NCBI GenBank assembly: GCA_964016885.1
Contig: OZ024746.1
Span: 40,672,001 to 40,736,000 of the forward strand
Length of the DNA: 64,000 nucleotides
Direction of reading: 5' to 3'
DNA from: Eledone cirrhosa
Taxonomy: Eukaryota
Position numbers and translations under genes: made by a program. The notes beneath the pieces are model-generated. The model was not told where the DNA came from. It made no database searches and was given only the letters and a program-made list of their open reading frames with translations. How positions within the stretch are numbered: position 1 is the first letter of the stretch; every line of letters begins with the position of its first letter. Shown piece by piece: positions 11,223 to 23,897 of the stretch.

Positions 11223-14200
11223 GGAGGCACATGGCTTAGTGGTTAGAGCATTGGCCTTGCAATCGAAAGGTTGTGAGTTCAATTCTCAGACCGGGTGATG
11301 TGTTGTTTCCTTGAGCAAAACACTTTATTTCACATTGCTCCAGTTTACTCAGCTGTAGAAATGAGATGATAGGGACTGGAGTCCATATCATTCCACTGCA
11401 AAGTGGTCGTGGAGGTGCTACGGCAAAAAAGCACCCAGCACTCACTGTAAATGAGGTTGGTGTTAGGAAGGGCATCCAGTTGTAGAAATCAAGCCAGAAT
11501 CAGTTCCCGTCCCACCCTTGCAAGCAGGGAAAAGCGGACGTAAAATGATGATGATATTACCGGCAGTACTGATACAAATCAAAATCATGTCAAATATATA
11601 TATATATATATAAAGAAATGTGGACATAATACAAGAAATTATGATTCAATTCTTGAATATATATTACATTGAGTTCTTTCTTTTGTTTTTTATTATAATT
11701 TATTTATTTTTATTTTTATTTGTAGACTGGTTAGTAAATCGAAGGCATTGTCAGCAGAACTGGCCAGCATCAGCCTTGGTGATTCGAGATAAGATTAACC
11801 AAGCAATAAAGACTTTGCCAGATGTCAAGGAAGTTGTTGATATTATTAAACGTCCAAGTAAGTTTTATATTGATAATGAAAAATGTACCCAGAACACTCT
11901 GTAAAGTGTTAGTGCCAGCACCATGAAAAACTGTACCCAATGCACTCTGTAATATGGAATGCATGAGCAAGACAGGTTGTTCTGACCCATCTGAATGTCC
12001 TGATAATGTGATTTCATGTGGTACAGGACATTAAGAGTTCATCATCAACATCATCATCGTTTAACATCTATTTTTCCATGGTTGCATGGGTTAAATGGGT
12101 TGTTCTGAGACAAGTCAACTCAGGTGACCACGTCTTGCTCATATGGATCTGTATTTTGGCTTGGTTTCTACGGCTGGATGCCCTTCCTAACACCAACCAC
12201 ATTACAGTGTGGACTGGGTATTTTTTTCATTGTGGCACCAAAATAACCACCTCACAAGGTGGACAAAAATGATTAATCATTACTTTTGTTTGAAGTAATA
12301 CACCAGGAAATGAATTACTTTCAGAATTAATTTTTTGTAATATAAAATGTATTTTCTCTTTCTCATCTCTTTTTGGAAACATTACAAGAAATCACTTACT
12401 TCCATGTGAAAGAAATAATGTCATTACTATCACAGGATTCAGAGTCAGGAAAGAAGAATATTTTGGGACAATATTCAAACGAATTAACTAAGGTGATTTT
12501 GATTTTATTATTTTTGTTAGGGCAGTGGATTGGCAAAGCCATTTGAGTATCAGACAAAATGCCTTGCAGCATTTAGTTATGACCCTTTACGTTCTGAGTT
12601 CAAATCCCGCCAAGGTTAACTTTGCCTTTCGTCCTTCAAAGGCTGATAAAATAAAGTACCAGTAATACACTGGGATCAATTTGATCGACTTATCCCTTCC
12701 CCACAAATTGTTGGCCTTGTGCCTAAATTAGAAATCATTATTATTGTTTTAAAGATGAGAAATGCAGTATTCAGAGAGTGGTTATCAAAATATTGTGCAG
12801 TCTTTCATTATGACTCTTTATATATATAGGGCGGTGAATTGGCAGTATCGGTAGAGGGTTGGACGCCATGCTTTGACGCATAGAGTTACAGCCCTTGCCA
12901 TTCTGAGTTCAAATCCCGCCAAGGTTAACTTTGCCTTTCATCCTTACGGGGTCGATAAAATAAAGTACCAGTAATGCACTGGGTAATTGCTGGCCTTGTG
13001 CCAAAAGTAGAAACAATTATGACTCTTTATATTTCTGACTTCAAACCTCAACATTGTCAAATACGCATTTCATTTCTTTGTTATCAATAAAACAAGTATC
13101 AGTGGTGTATTGGAGTTGGATATTATTCACCTGTTCTCTCACTACAAATTTATGGGCTTATGATGATCTTAGAAATCCTTATTGTCGTTATTGCTTTGGA
13201 TCAAAAGTGATCAAGCTGTCATCATCATCCAGGGTCCTGCCTCTTTTCCTATTACCCACTCTACTACCCTAAGTATCAAATACTCTGGTGCGTTATGGTC
13301 CACTTGCTTTCTTACCACACTTTCTTTGTTATATATATATAATTAGCACAAATTAAAAGTTTAAGCAAACAATTTCTGTTATAACAATAATTATTATAAC
13401 TGACACAGATCCATTCCAATTTTGCTATTCACTCCTTCAGTTGTGTTAAAATAGCTATCAGTCTTATACTCTAAATCATTCAATTGTCTATACATTTCTC
13501 TATTAATGTATATAACTTGTATGAATGTAAGATATTATTACTATATGTTTTTGTTCCAGGCATGGTCAGAAATATTAAACTTATATGAAAAAAATAATGT
13601 AAATCTAGGTGAGTTAAAAAATAGACAATTTATTATAACTACTACTACAATATATATATATATATGTATATCTATATATATATATGTATATCTATATATA
13701 TATATATATATGTGTATATATATGTGTGTATATATATATATATGTGTATATATATATATATATATGTGTATATATGTATATATATGTAGTGAAAGAGTGA
13801 AGAATAACATGGTCAACAGTACAAAAAGGGTTTTATTTACAGTATTAACAATTGTTTCTTTGATTAGGATGTCTAAAGGTTACTAATCACTCAAAGTTGT
13901 GTCACTCAACCTTAAATACAGTGTATGCCTAATCAAATCATCGGAATATGTATCATCATCATCATCATCATTGTTTAACGTCCATCTTCCACGCTTGCAT
14001 GGGAATTTTCCCACTTGAAGCAAGATTGGTTGTCTTTCTCGTATAGGACTGTCTGGCGGGTTTTCTACGGCTGGATGCCCTTCCTAACACCAACCACGTT
14101 TACAGTGTGGACTGGGAGGTTTTTACCGTGTTACCTACACGGCCACATTACAGCGTGGACTGTGTTTTTTTGTCGTGACACCTACACGACCTCATTTGTT

Positions 14201-14960
14201 TCGGACTGGATGTTGTTGTACCAACATAACTTTACATTGAAAGGGGTGGGGGTAGTGGGACGGGGGTGTATTTTTGTTAAGAGGTGCCTACTGACTGTAG
14301 GTTTCGCTTTGTTCTTAGGCAAGGCGGGTCTTCTGTATTACTGTGTAGCGCCAAACCAAAGATCTCGGTCCAGTGACATTGTCTTGGAGAGGTGTAAGTG
14401 TGTGAGATATATATGTATATATATATATATATATGTGTATATATGGGACGAGCTGATAAACTCCGACATCACACACTTACACCTCTCCAAGACAATGTCA
14501 CTGGACCGAGACCTTTGGCGGTACTCAGTAACAGAGAAGACCCGCCTTACCTAAATATATAGTAAAACCTACTCCAGCCAGTAGGCATCTCTAACAAAAT
14601 ACACCCCGTCCCACCACCACCACCCCCACCCCATCCACACCACCCCGTTCTATGTAAAGTTATGTTGGTGCCGCGCCATCGAGGCCGAAACAAATGAGAT
14701 CGTGTAGGTGTCACGACAAAAAAACACACAGTCCACGCTGTAATGTGGCCGTGTAGGCAACACGGTAAAAACCTCCCAGACCCACACTGTAAATGTGGTT
14801 GGTGTTAGGAAGGGCATCCAACTGTAGAAAACCTGCCAGACAGTCCTATGCGAGCAAGACAATCACTCTTGCCTCAAGTGGGACTACCCCCGTCCAAACC
14901 CATGCAAGCGTGGAACACGGACGTTAAACGTTGATGATGATGATGATGATGATGTATATA

Positions 14961-14991
<31 letters not shown>

Positions 14992-15768
14992 GTGTTGACT
15001 TATAACCAATCCTCCAAAATCCTTGGAACTTACCAACTTTTCAACCATCCTCTTACGTCATCACCTATATAACTCACCCACACACACACCCCCAAAAATT
15101 TTTTTTATCCACACGCCACCCACACCCACAACACGCTTAAACCCCACACACACGTGCTTCCCACCACATATTTACACCCTCAGCCTCCTGATTCCTCTCC
15201 TCCCACCCCCCTATCCACACACGCACAGACACTCCGACCCACAAAAACACCCCCCACACACACCTCTTCCTGAACATGCAACCCCGTTCTTCCCCCAACC
15301 CTTACTTTCACATACACACACACACGCACACCTACACACACACACACCACCTTCAGCCCTCCCCGCTCGGACACCCCGTCTCCCTCTCCCCACTCCACCC
15401 GCCACCATCCCTACTCACCCCACACCCTTCCACCACCTGTTTACCCCCCTTTTAATTTCAGTTTATTTTGATCATGCCTTTATTTTTAAATTTTCTCATT
15501 CCTTGTATTTTGATCATGCTTTATTTTTATTTTTTATCTTTATTTGTTAATTTTTCATTCGCACCGTTTCCTTTCGCTATATGTCTCTCCACCACTCCCC
15601 TACACACCTTTGAACTCTGTTCCCACACACTTCTCACCTGAGGAAGGGCTTATGCCCGAAACGTCGTCCCCCACCTACCCCCCACTCTCCTGAGCGTGAA
15701 ATTAATAAACATTTATTGTACTGCCTCTCTGTTTTGTCCCTGTTCAAATTTTTCCATTATATATATAC

Positions 15769-15812
<44 letters not shown>

Positions 15813-16262
15813 CTCCAGTTGCATTTTCAATTTCATCTTTTTTCCTTATATATGTATATATATATATATATATTTGGAGGCACATGGCTTAGTGGTTAGA
15901 GCATTGGCCTTGCAATCGAAAGATTGTGAGTCCAATTCTCAGACCGGGTGATGTGTTGTTTTCTTGAGAAAGACACTTTATTTCACATTGTTCCAGTTTA
16001 CTCAGCTGTAGAAATGAGATGATAGGGACTGAGGTCCCTATCATTCCACTGCAAAGTGGTCGTGGAGGTACCACGGCAAAAAAGCACCCAGCCCACACTG
16101 TAAAGTGGACGTGTAGGCGCCACGGAAAAAAAGCACCCAGCACTCACTGTAAATGAGGTTGGTGTTAAGAAGGGCATCCAGCTGTAGAAATCAAGCCAGA
16201 ATCAGTTCCCGTCCCACCCTTGCAAGCAGGGAGAAGCGGACATAAAATGATGATGATATGTA

Positions 16263-16299
<37 letters not shown>

Positions 16300-16597
16300 G
16301 AAAGACGTAAAATAAGAAAATTTTAAAAATTAAAAATTAACTTACTTTCTTATTTTACGTCTTTCATATAATTGTTCTGCATCCCCCTGCATAGAACCAC
16401 CTAGGTACTATGACATAACTTATATATTTGCTAGCATTAGTGTACATCTGTACGCATATGTTGGTAAATATACTAATTCTCTATATATATACATATATAT
16501 ATGTATATATATATATATCTGTGTGTATATATATATGTATATATATATGTGTGTGTATATATATGTATATATATGTATTTGTATGTATATAAATATG

Positions 16598-16640
<43 letters not shown>

Positions 16641-19600
16641 ACGTATGTTAAAAAATAAACCATGTAACAAAGACATCAAAAGTCTATTTTAAAAAAATTA
16701 TTTCTTCTCAATTTGATTCCTAAAACATTGTAAAATAATATCTTGGATATTAAAATTTTGATTGTTGATATTCAGATTGGTGAAAATATAATAAATGTGT
16801 GAAAAATGAGTTAAGACAGTCATGTACTTGGTGCATCTGAGATCAGCTTTGTTTTTGGAAGATAAGAAAATATATTTTCTGAAATATATTTTTTAGATAT
16901 CAATAATCATTATTACAAGCATTATTATTATTATTATTATTTTAACATATGTTAAATAAAGTACCAGTAATGCACTGAGGTCGATTTAATTTGCTGGCCT
17001 TGTACCAAAAGAAGAAACAATTATTTTAACATATGTTTATCAAGCTGGTATATTTGTTGTTGTTGTCTAACCTCTGGTCAACCTTGATTGGTAAGAGCTA
17101 CAATGAAAAGCAATCAATCTTTTTCATATATCTAGTATTACATTATCCAATGTATCCTTTCTTCAGTTTTTAAAGATGTTAGGGTGTTATTTGAATGATA
17201 TTTGACTGCTATTTCTAGTAGGTTGAGCAACTGTATATAGGCTCCCTTATAGATATGTCTGCAATAAAGCACCACTACGTCATTATCCTGTATCATTATG
17301 TCTGTAAAGCTTATCAAGCTTGGATTTAACTTTATTTTTTCTTTCCAAGTTTCTATTAATAATAAAACCCTGAAAAAATTTTTTCAGGGTTTTATTATTT
17401 CCTGAATGAAAACAAAATGCATTTCCTTTAAAACCTATAACTTCTAATTTTATAAGTTACTTATTTGCTTATAATGAATTATGATTTCTTTATTGATATT
17501 GATAATGAATAATACTTTCTCTTTTCTAATATTTTCTAGCTGAATCAGCTCAAGTCATGTCAAGAAATGTAAATTATGAAATCCCTGATTTGAAACGTCA
17601 GATTGCCAGATGCCAACAGATAGAAAAGGTTATTCAATTATCTATTATCACCTTTCTAGTTACTAGTAATATCTTGGATGTATTTCAAAAGGTTGGAGAC
17701 AAGCACTTTCCTCTTCAATGAAGCCCTGATTAACTTTTTCAGGTTTCTTTTGAAGAGAAGAATCAGGGTGGAAAGGAAAGTGCTGCCTTCCAACCAGTTT
17801 GTTGAAAGGTGAGTGAGAATGGCGAGCATGGAATTTGTTTTGTTTGTTTGACTTTTAAATATTTATTACTTTTTTTAGTTTTTGTTTAACCTTGTTTTTT
17901 TTTACACACAAAACCCCACACTGTGTTGTTCTGTACCATCTCTATTGGTTGCCTAATGTCAGCCCCGTGTGGCTAATAAACAAACCATTATTATTATTAT
18001 ACTCAGCCTTGCCTTTCATCCTTCTGAGGTAGGTAAAATCAAGTACCAATTAAATACTGAGGTTGATATAATTGACGTTCCCCTTCCCTGCCCCAAATGG
18101 TTGGCTTTGTGCCTAAATTAGAAACCATTATAATAATTATTTTTATTATTATTGTTATGGTCCACATTTTACTGTACTGGACTCTTTTGCATTTTATGGA
18201 AGGGACCCATTCCAATGGTCAGATGGTCCATCTGCTGTCAATACCAACTGTGTGGAGGACTGGCATACCATGGCTGATGATGCACAGATATGCACTGAGG
18301 CAATGACATCTGCAATTTTTCCTTGATGGTGAACAGGTGTGGTTGCTGTTTGCTAGACACATTTTTCAGTTGGTTTGGTATCAAAATGGCTAAATTGTTC
18401 ATAAACCAATTTGTTCAGGATGAGATGAGTTCATGAACTGAGGTTCCAGTATTTGTTTTATATGTTAGTATTATTGAAATAAACAAGGGGATAAATAGTT
18501 GTCTATCATTTGTTTTGTTAAACAGGATTGCTTTAAAAAGGAATCAGACAATGTTGTCAAAGCTGCAGATTATAAACACAGATATCAGAATAGTTGCAAG
18601 AAATTTGGTATCAAAGTAAGATTTTATATCTTATTCTTCAGTTTAATTACATTGAATATTATTTCAGGTGGTGCACGCACATACAGACACACACACACAC
18701 AGAAATAGTTGCAGCATCAGTAATCTCACTGACCCCAAACACAGTAATGGGATGCATACCCCGCACAATAAATACAGTGGAATAACAACTATTGTGGTTT
18801 GATAGAGTCCACCTTGCCCACACCTGTTGTGGTCACTACCAGACTTTGTGGGTGTATATAAATAGGTGGGACCAAGGAGAGAGTGCAACATGTCCAGACT
18901 GTCACACTGCACCTCATCACTGCATGTTGAAGTGTACAGCATCTGTGGGTGTACAGAAACAGAAATAGGTTGGACTGTGGAGAGAGTGTAGCATGTCCAG
19001 ACTGTCATACAGCACCCCATCAATGCATGTTGAAGTGTAGAGTATAGTCCTCAGGGAGATTCAGTGTGACAGTGTGTGATAAGGCCAGCCGACCCTTTGA
19101 AATACAAGTATAGTCCATCCAACAGAATTACAGTTTCCATCTAGTCAATTTCACTCATAAGGCTTGGGTTAACCCATGGCTGTGGTAAATGAAATTTGTC
19201 TAAGATGCCATGCTATGGGACCAAACCCAGGACATAATAATTATGAAACAAACTTCTTAACAATTTGACAATGCTGCATCCATAAGGTGACACAATAACA
19301 ATACCAGTAGCAACAATTACATCAGTACCACAATCATCTTCACCAAAGCTATTACTAATCACTGTCATCATTATCAATATTATTACAAACACCTTCCCTG
19401 CCATCGCCACAACAACAACTGCCACCATCACCACTGTTTAAGTTGTTTTAGCTTAAAATCTGTATTTATTACTACACATATTCTATTATTGACAGGGTGA
19501 CAAAATCAAGATAGAATTGTTTGAATTGGTCAAGGCTCTGCCACAATTATTAGATGATTTAACAAATGGTGTGAAATCACTAGACCCAGTTGTTGGGTAC

Positions 19601-22600
19601 TACAGGAATTTTATTAATTTCCTTGTTGAAAGGTCAGTAATTTAAACTGCCATGCAGCGGAATATTTTGTTTTTATCTCACCTCACTTTCTCTCTCCTCA
19701 TTTCCTCCTTTGGACTCTGTCATACTACATCTCATATGAAAAGCCATTTTATGTTGATTAACAAGGGAGCTTCTATGTGGTCGCTCAATCTGCTAGAAAT
19801 AGAAACCAAATTTCCTCAAATCACACACTACTACCTTGAAAAAAAGGAAAGAAACATTGAATGCTATAGTCCTAGATACACTATGTCTGCTAAAAAGACA
19901 GGATAGTCTCAGCCGGAATACCATTAGCCATATGTCTGTTCAGTTAGATCTAGCCTAGGGCTAAATAACAATAACCACAGTGTATCAGAATGCACAGTAT
20001 AGTCCTCAATTAGGCCTTATATAATCAGAGCTGGATGTATGGCTCATACCTAGTTGCTCTGTCAAGTAACTATAGGTCTGGCTTCATCAGAGCCTATTAG
20101 TCTCTAAACAACAACAACAACAATAGTATCTTACAGCTTCATATCACTATATATTATAAATCCATTTATTTTATACAAACTGTGAATATTGAAACTGAGT
20201 ATACCCTCCATCAGACACCTACCATACTCTGAACGCCTTGCTTCCCTGTGCATGGATTCATTGAAGCTCCGACGTCTGGCAATGGACTTGGTGAATACCC
20301 ACAAAGTTTTTAACCATCTCGCCAATTGCAACCCTGAGCAGATTTTGGTCTCCATGTGTCTAACACACGTGGACATGCCTACAAGATCAGAAAACAGCAC
20401 AGCTCCCATGACTTTCGTAGACATTTTTTCACGCTCAGAGTTGCTGAAGCATGGAACAAACTGCCTGCGTCAATTGTTAGCTGCCGAGACACTGCATCCT
20501 TTAAGACACTCATGCTTCCCGAAATATGCCAAAACTACACCTGATGTACCCCTTCCATGCACATGCACACATGTGTGTATCATGACTCGTGCACTGTTCA
20601 TTTTACTGATGTTTGTGCATTGCCCTATGTACTGTACATGCACTTTTTTGATGAGTTGTGGTGCACCTGGGCACTGTACACAATATTTCATTATTGTTAT
20701 TGTTATTATATCATGACTCGTACACTGTTCATTTTCCTGACATTTGTACATTATTCTATGTACTATACATGCACCTTTGATGAGTTGTAGTGCACCTGAG
20801 CACTGTACACAATAATTTCATTATTATTATAAAACCCTGACAAGCTGAGTGCAATCCAATTTCAATTCTTCTTTGAAGCTATTTTCATTTGATCTACCAT
20901 TCTAATGTCTTTAGACCAACACAACACCTCTTTGATTACACCTCTGTGATATCGTTTTTCCAAATAAGACCTGCTATGACATTACACAATCATTTTTACA
21001 TTTTGAAAAATACAAACCAGCACTATAACTGCATCACTGCAAATTTTCACAATGATATATATATCCCCTAATATAGATTCTATAAACATTTGAATTAACA
21101 AACTTATTTTTTTATATTTTCTGCTAAATCATTACAGGATATTAAGAGTTAATGTGTTTCTTTCTCTTTGAAGAAATGACATCTCTGCAGATTCTTTATC
21201 GATGATAAAGCTTATCATCAACAATGGTAACGTCAGTGTGTATGAATGGAGAACAGGTCAAGCACCCATAACTATTATAGATGAGAATCAACTGACTTTT
21301 GAGGAGCATGGTGACAAAAATACTCCAGATGAAAATGTAATTTTAAAGTCTTTTACATGTAAATTCAGGGTGGCGAATTGGCAGTCATTAGAACACCTGA
21401 TAGAATGCCTTGCAGTATTTGTTTTGGCTCTCTGCTCTCTGAATTCAAATCCCACCGAGGTCAACTTTCTTTGCCTTTCATCCATTTGAGGTCGATCAAA
21501 AAAATACCAGTCAAATATTGGTGTCAATTTTTCCTCTATATCTCTTTCTCACTTCCATTTTCTCATTCTCTGTCCTTCTCTGGAAGAAATCTGTTGCATT
21601 TGGACCTGGAAAAGGATTGGGCTCTGCCAGATTTAAAAATGCTCTAGAAACACTCTATGTCAATATGGCGCCTTTACAACTCCTTCAGGAGTTACGAAAC
21701 CAAGCATGCGCATATAAATTCAAAGATGTCTCATATATATTGTCACATTTAAACTGTCATACATATTGACTAGAATGTATCTCAAGCAGTTTCAATGAAG
21801 TATGTTCCATTTGTTTGATCTATGGAACAGCCTGCTCATGAAATTATCATGTAAGTGGCTGAACATGACACTGATATGTGTACTCTTAATGTAATTCTCA
21901 GGGAGATTCAGCATGACACAGTTTGTGACAACACTGGCACATAAAATTACAGGTATAGTCCATTTGATGGGCTTCCAAACAGTTTATGTCTACCTAATTT
22001 CATGGGTCGAGCTGAGGCTATGGTAAATGATACTTGCTCTAGAATCCATGAAGTGGATTCAAACTCCTACAGCTCTATCAGGAGTTAATGACCCTTTATC
22101 TTTTTAATCTAAAGCAAGGTGATTTAAATATACACAGCCTTTTTTAAAACAAAGAAACCCTGTCCTCCCTGTAGGTGGTTGTGCTAATACCAAAATGAAA
22201 AAGTACCTGATCTATCTTGTTAGATGATCATTTTGGTGCCGTAATAAAAAACACCGAGTCTACACTTTAACATGGTTGGCATTAGGAAGTCATCCAGCCA
22301 TACAGAATCAATCCTCAAAACAGATCCATATGAGCAAGACATAGTCACCTGACCTACCTGGCCTAATATCATGATAGCCCATCTATTCCATGCAAGCATA
22401 GAATATAGACAAACAAAATGATGATGATGATGATGATTGTTATTCGGATTGTTGTTTTTAATTTATTTCTATACTTTAGATTGATTGGGGAAATATTGAG
22501 GAAGAAACCAATGGAATTGATTTTGAAGAAACTGATTTTGATATGTCACAGATAACTATAGAATCTTCTGAAAATAACGAGGTAGAGTTTTGTATTCCAC

Positions 22601-23864
22601 ATTTTCCTTTTTTGGATATTTGTTAAGCATGTAACCTGTTAATTTTTTTTTTATCTAAACTTTTATAGAAATATCATAGTCATTAAGCTATTTCATGTTG
22701 TTTCTTTAATGTTTGCAAAGATGGCATGGTTTTTATTCCTGGATGGCCTTCTTAAGACCATGAAACACTTAACTATGAAGTATGAGATATTATTTCATAT
22801 GGTGCAAAGTGGTTGGCATTAAGAAGGGCATCCAGCCATAGAACCCATGCCAAAATGGTGTAGAGTGGACCCTTCATCCACATCAAGGACAAGACAACCT
22901 TTTTAGTGATGGTGCCATAAGATACTCCCAGTATACTCTGCCATTAGGATGGGCATCCAGTCATAGATACCATGCTAAAATGGAACATATTGGAGCAAAA
23001 TATAGTCACCCAATTAGCTCTGATTAAGTATATAATGACCTGCCAGCATGGAAAAACTGGTGTAAAATGATGATAGGCAACATTTTTTATTTGCCAAAAA
23101 ACAGAGCGTATGAGCAAAATGGAGTCACCTGACGTAACCACCCATCTAACCCATGCAAGCATGGAAAATAGACATTAACCCTTTAGCATTTAAACTGGTT
23201 GTATCCGGCCAGAATTCTCTCACCTTTTTCTGATCAAACCCGCTGTAACCGACCACTCATACTGATGTTAAGGTAATGTTCTCAAAATAAATAATATCAA
23301 AATCTCATAGATTCGATATTATATGAGGTAATTATGTTTACCATGAAAATATAATAGTAAATATAGAGTAATGTAAAGGTTAAAGGGTTAAACTGTGACG
23401 ATGATAGAGAGGAGGAATATCTGTCCAAGGCAGTGGAATTGTTAAAACATCGGACATGATGCCTTGTCATATCTTTCAGCCTTTTTACATTTTGTGTTTG
23501 CTTGTAATGATACTGACATTAAACTGTATCAACCTTTACCTTTCCTTGGACAATATTGGTGGCATGGAGTGTGGAGATTTTCATACAAGGGTGACTGCTG
23601 GTCTTCCATGAAATATTTTGCCCTGGCTTGTATTTGCTCCTACTTAATTAATAAGTAATTGGGAAAAATGGTTGATTTTATTGTTTTGCTATTTTTCAAT
23701 TAAATTCAATAGGCAAATGATGGCATAGACTGGGGAGATGTCAAAGAAACTTCTGATACAAAATCTAAAAAAAATGCAAAAATTACAGGTTTGTATTTAT
23801 CATTCCTTATATTTGAAATATTCATGTGTCTCTAGTCCTAAATAGCTTCCCAATACACTTCCAT

Positions 23865-23897
<33 letters not shown>

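Noticed and set aside
11223-11295. tRNA-like sequences (also 12829, 15876, 28834, 56805)
   Set aside because: SINE heads: A/B boxes run on into SINE bodies, and I see no complete cloverleaf with a terminator
13506-13886. [12 protein letters not shown]-type ORFs here and at 15696, 16473, 53616, 57600
   Set aside because: Translations of (TA)n/(CA)n microsatellites; only 13560-13608 is a real exon
15023-15550. 175-aa Pro/His/Thr-rich ORF
   Set aside because: Stop-poor because of C/A skew; non-ATG start; no recognisable domain
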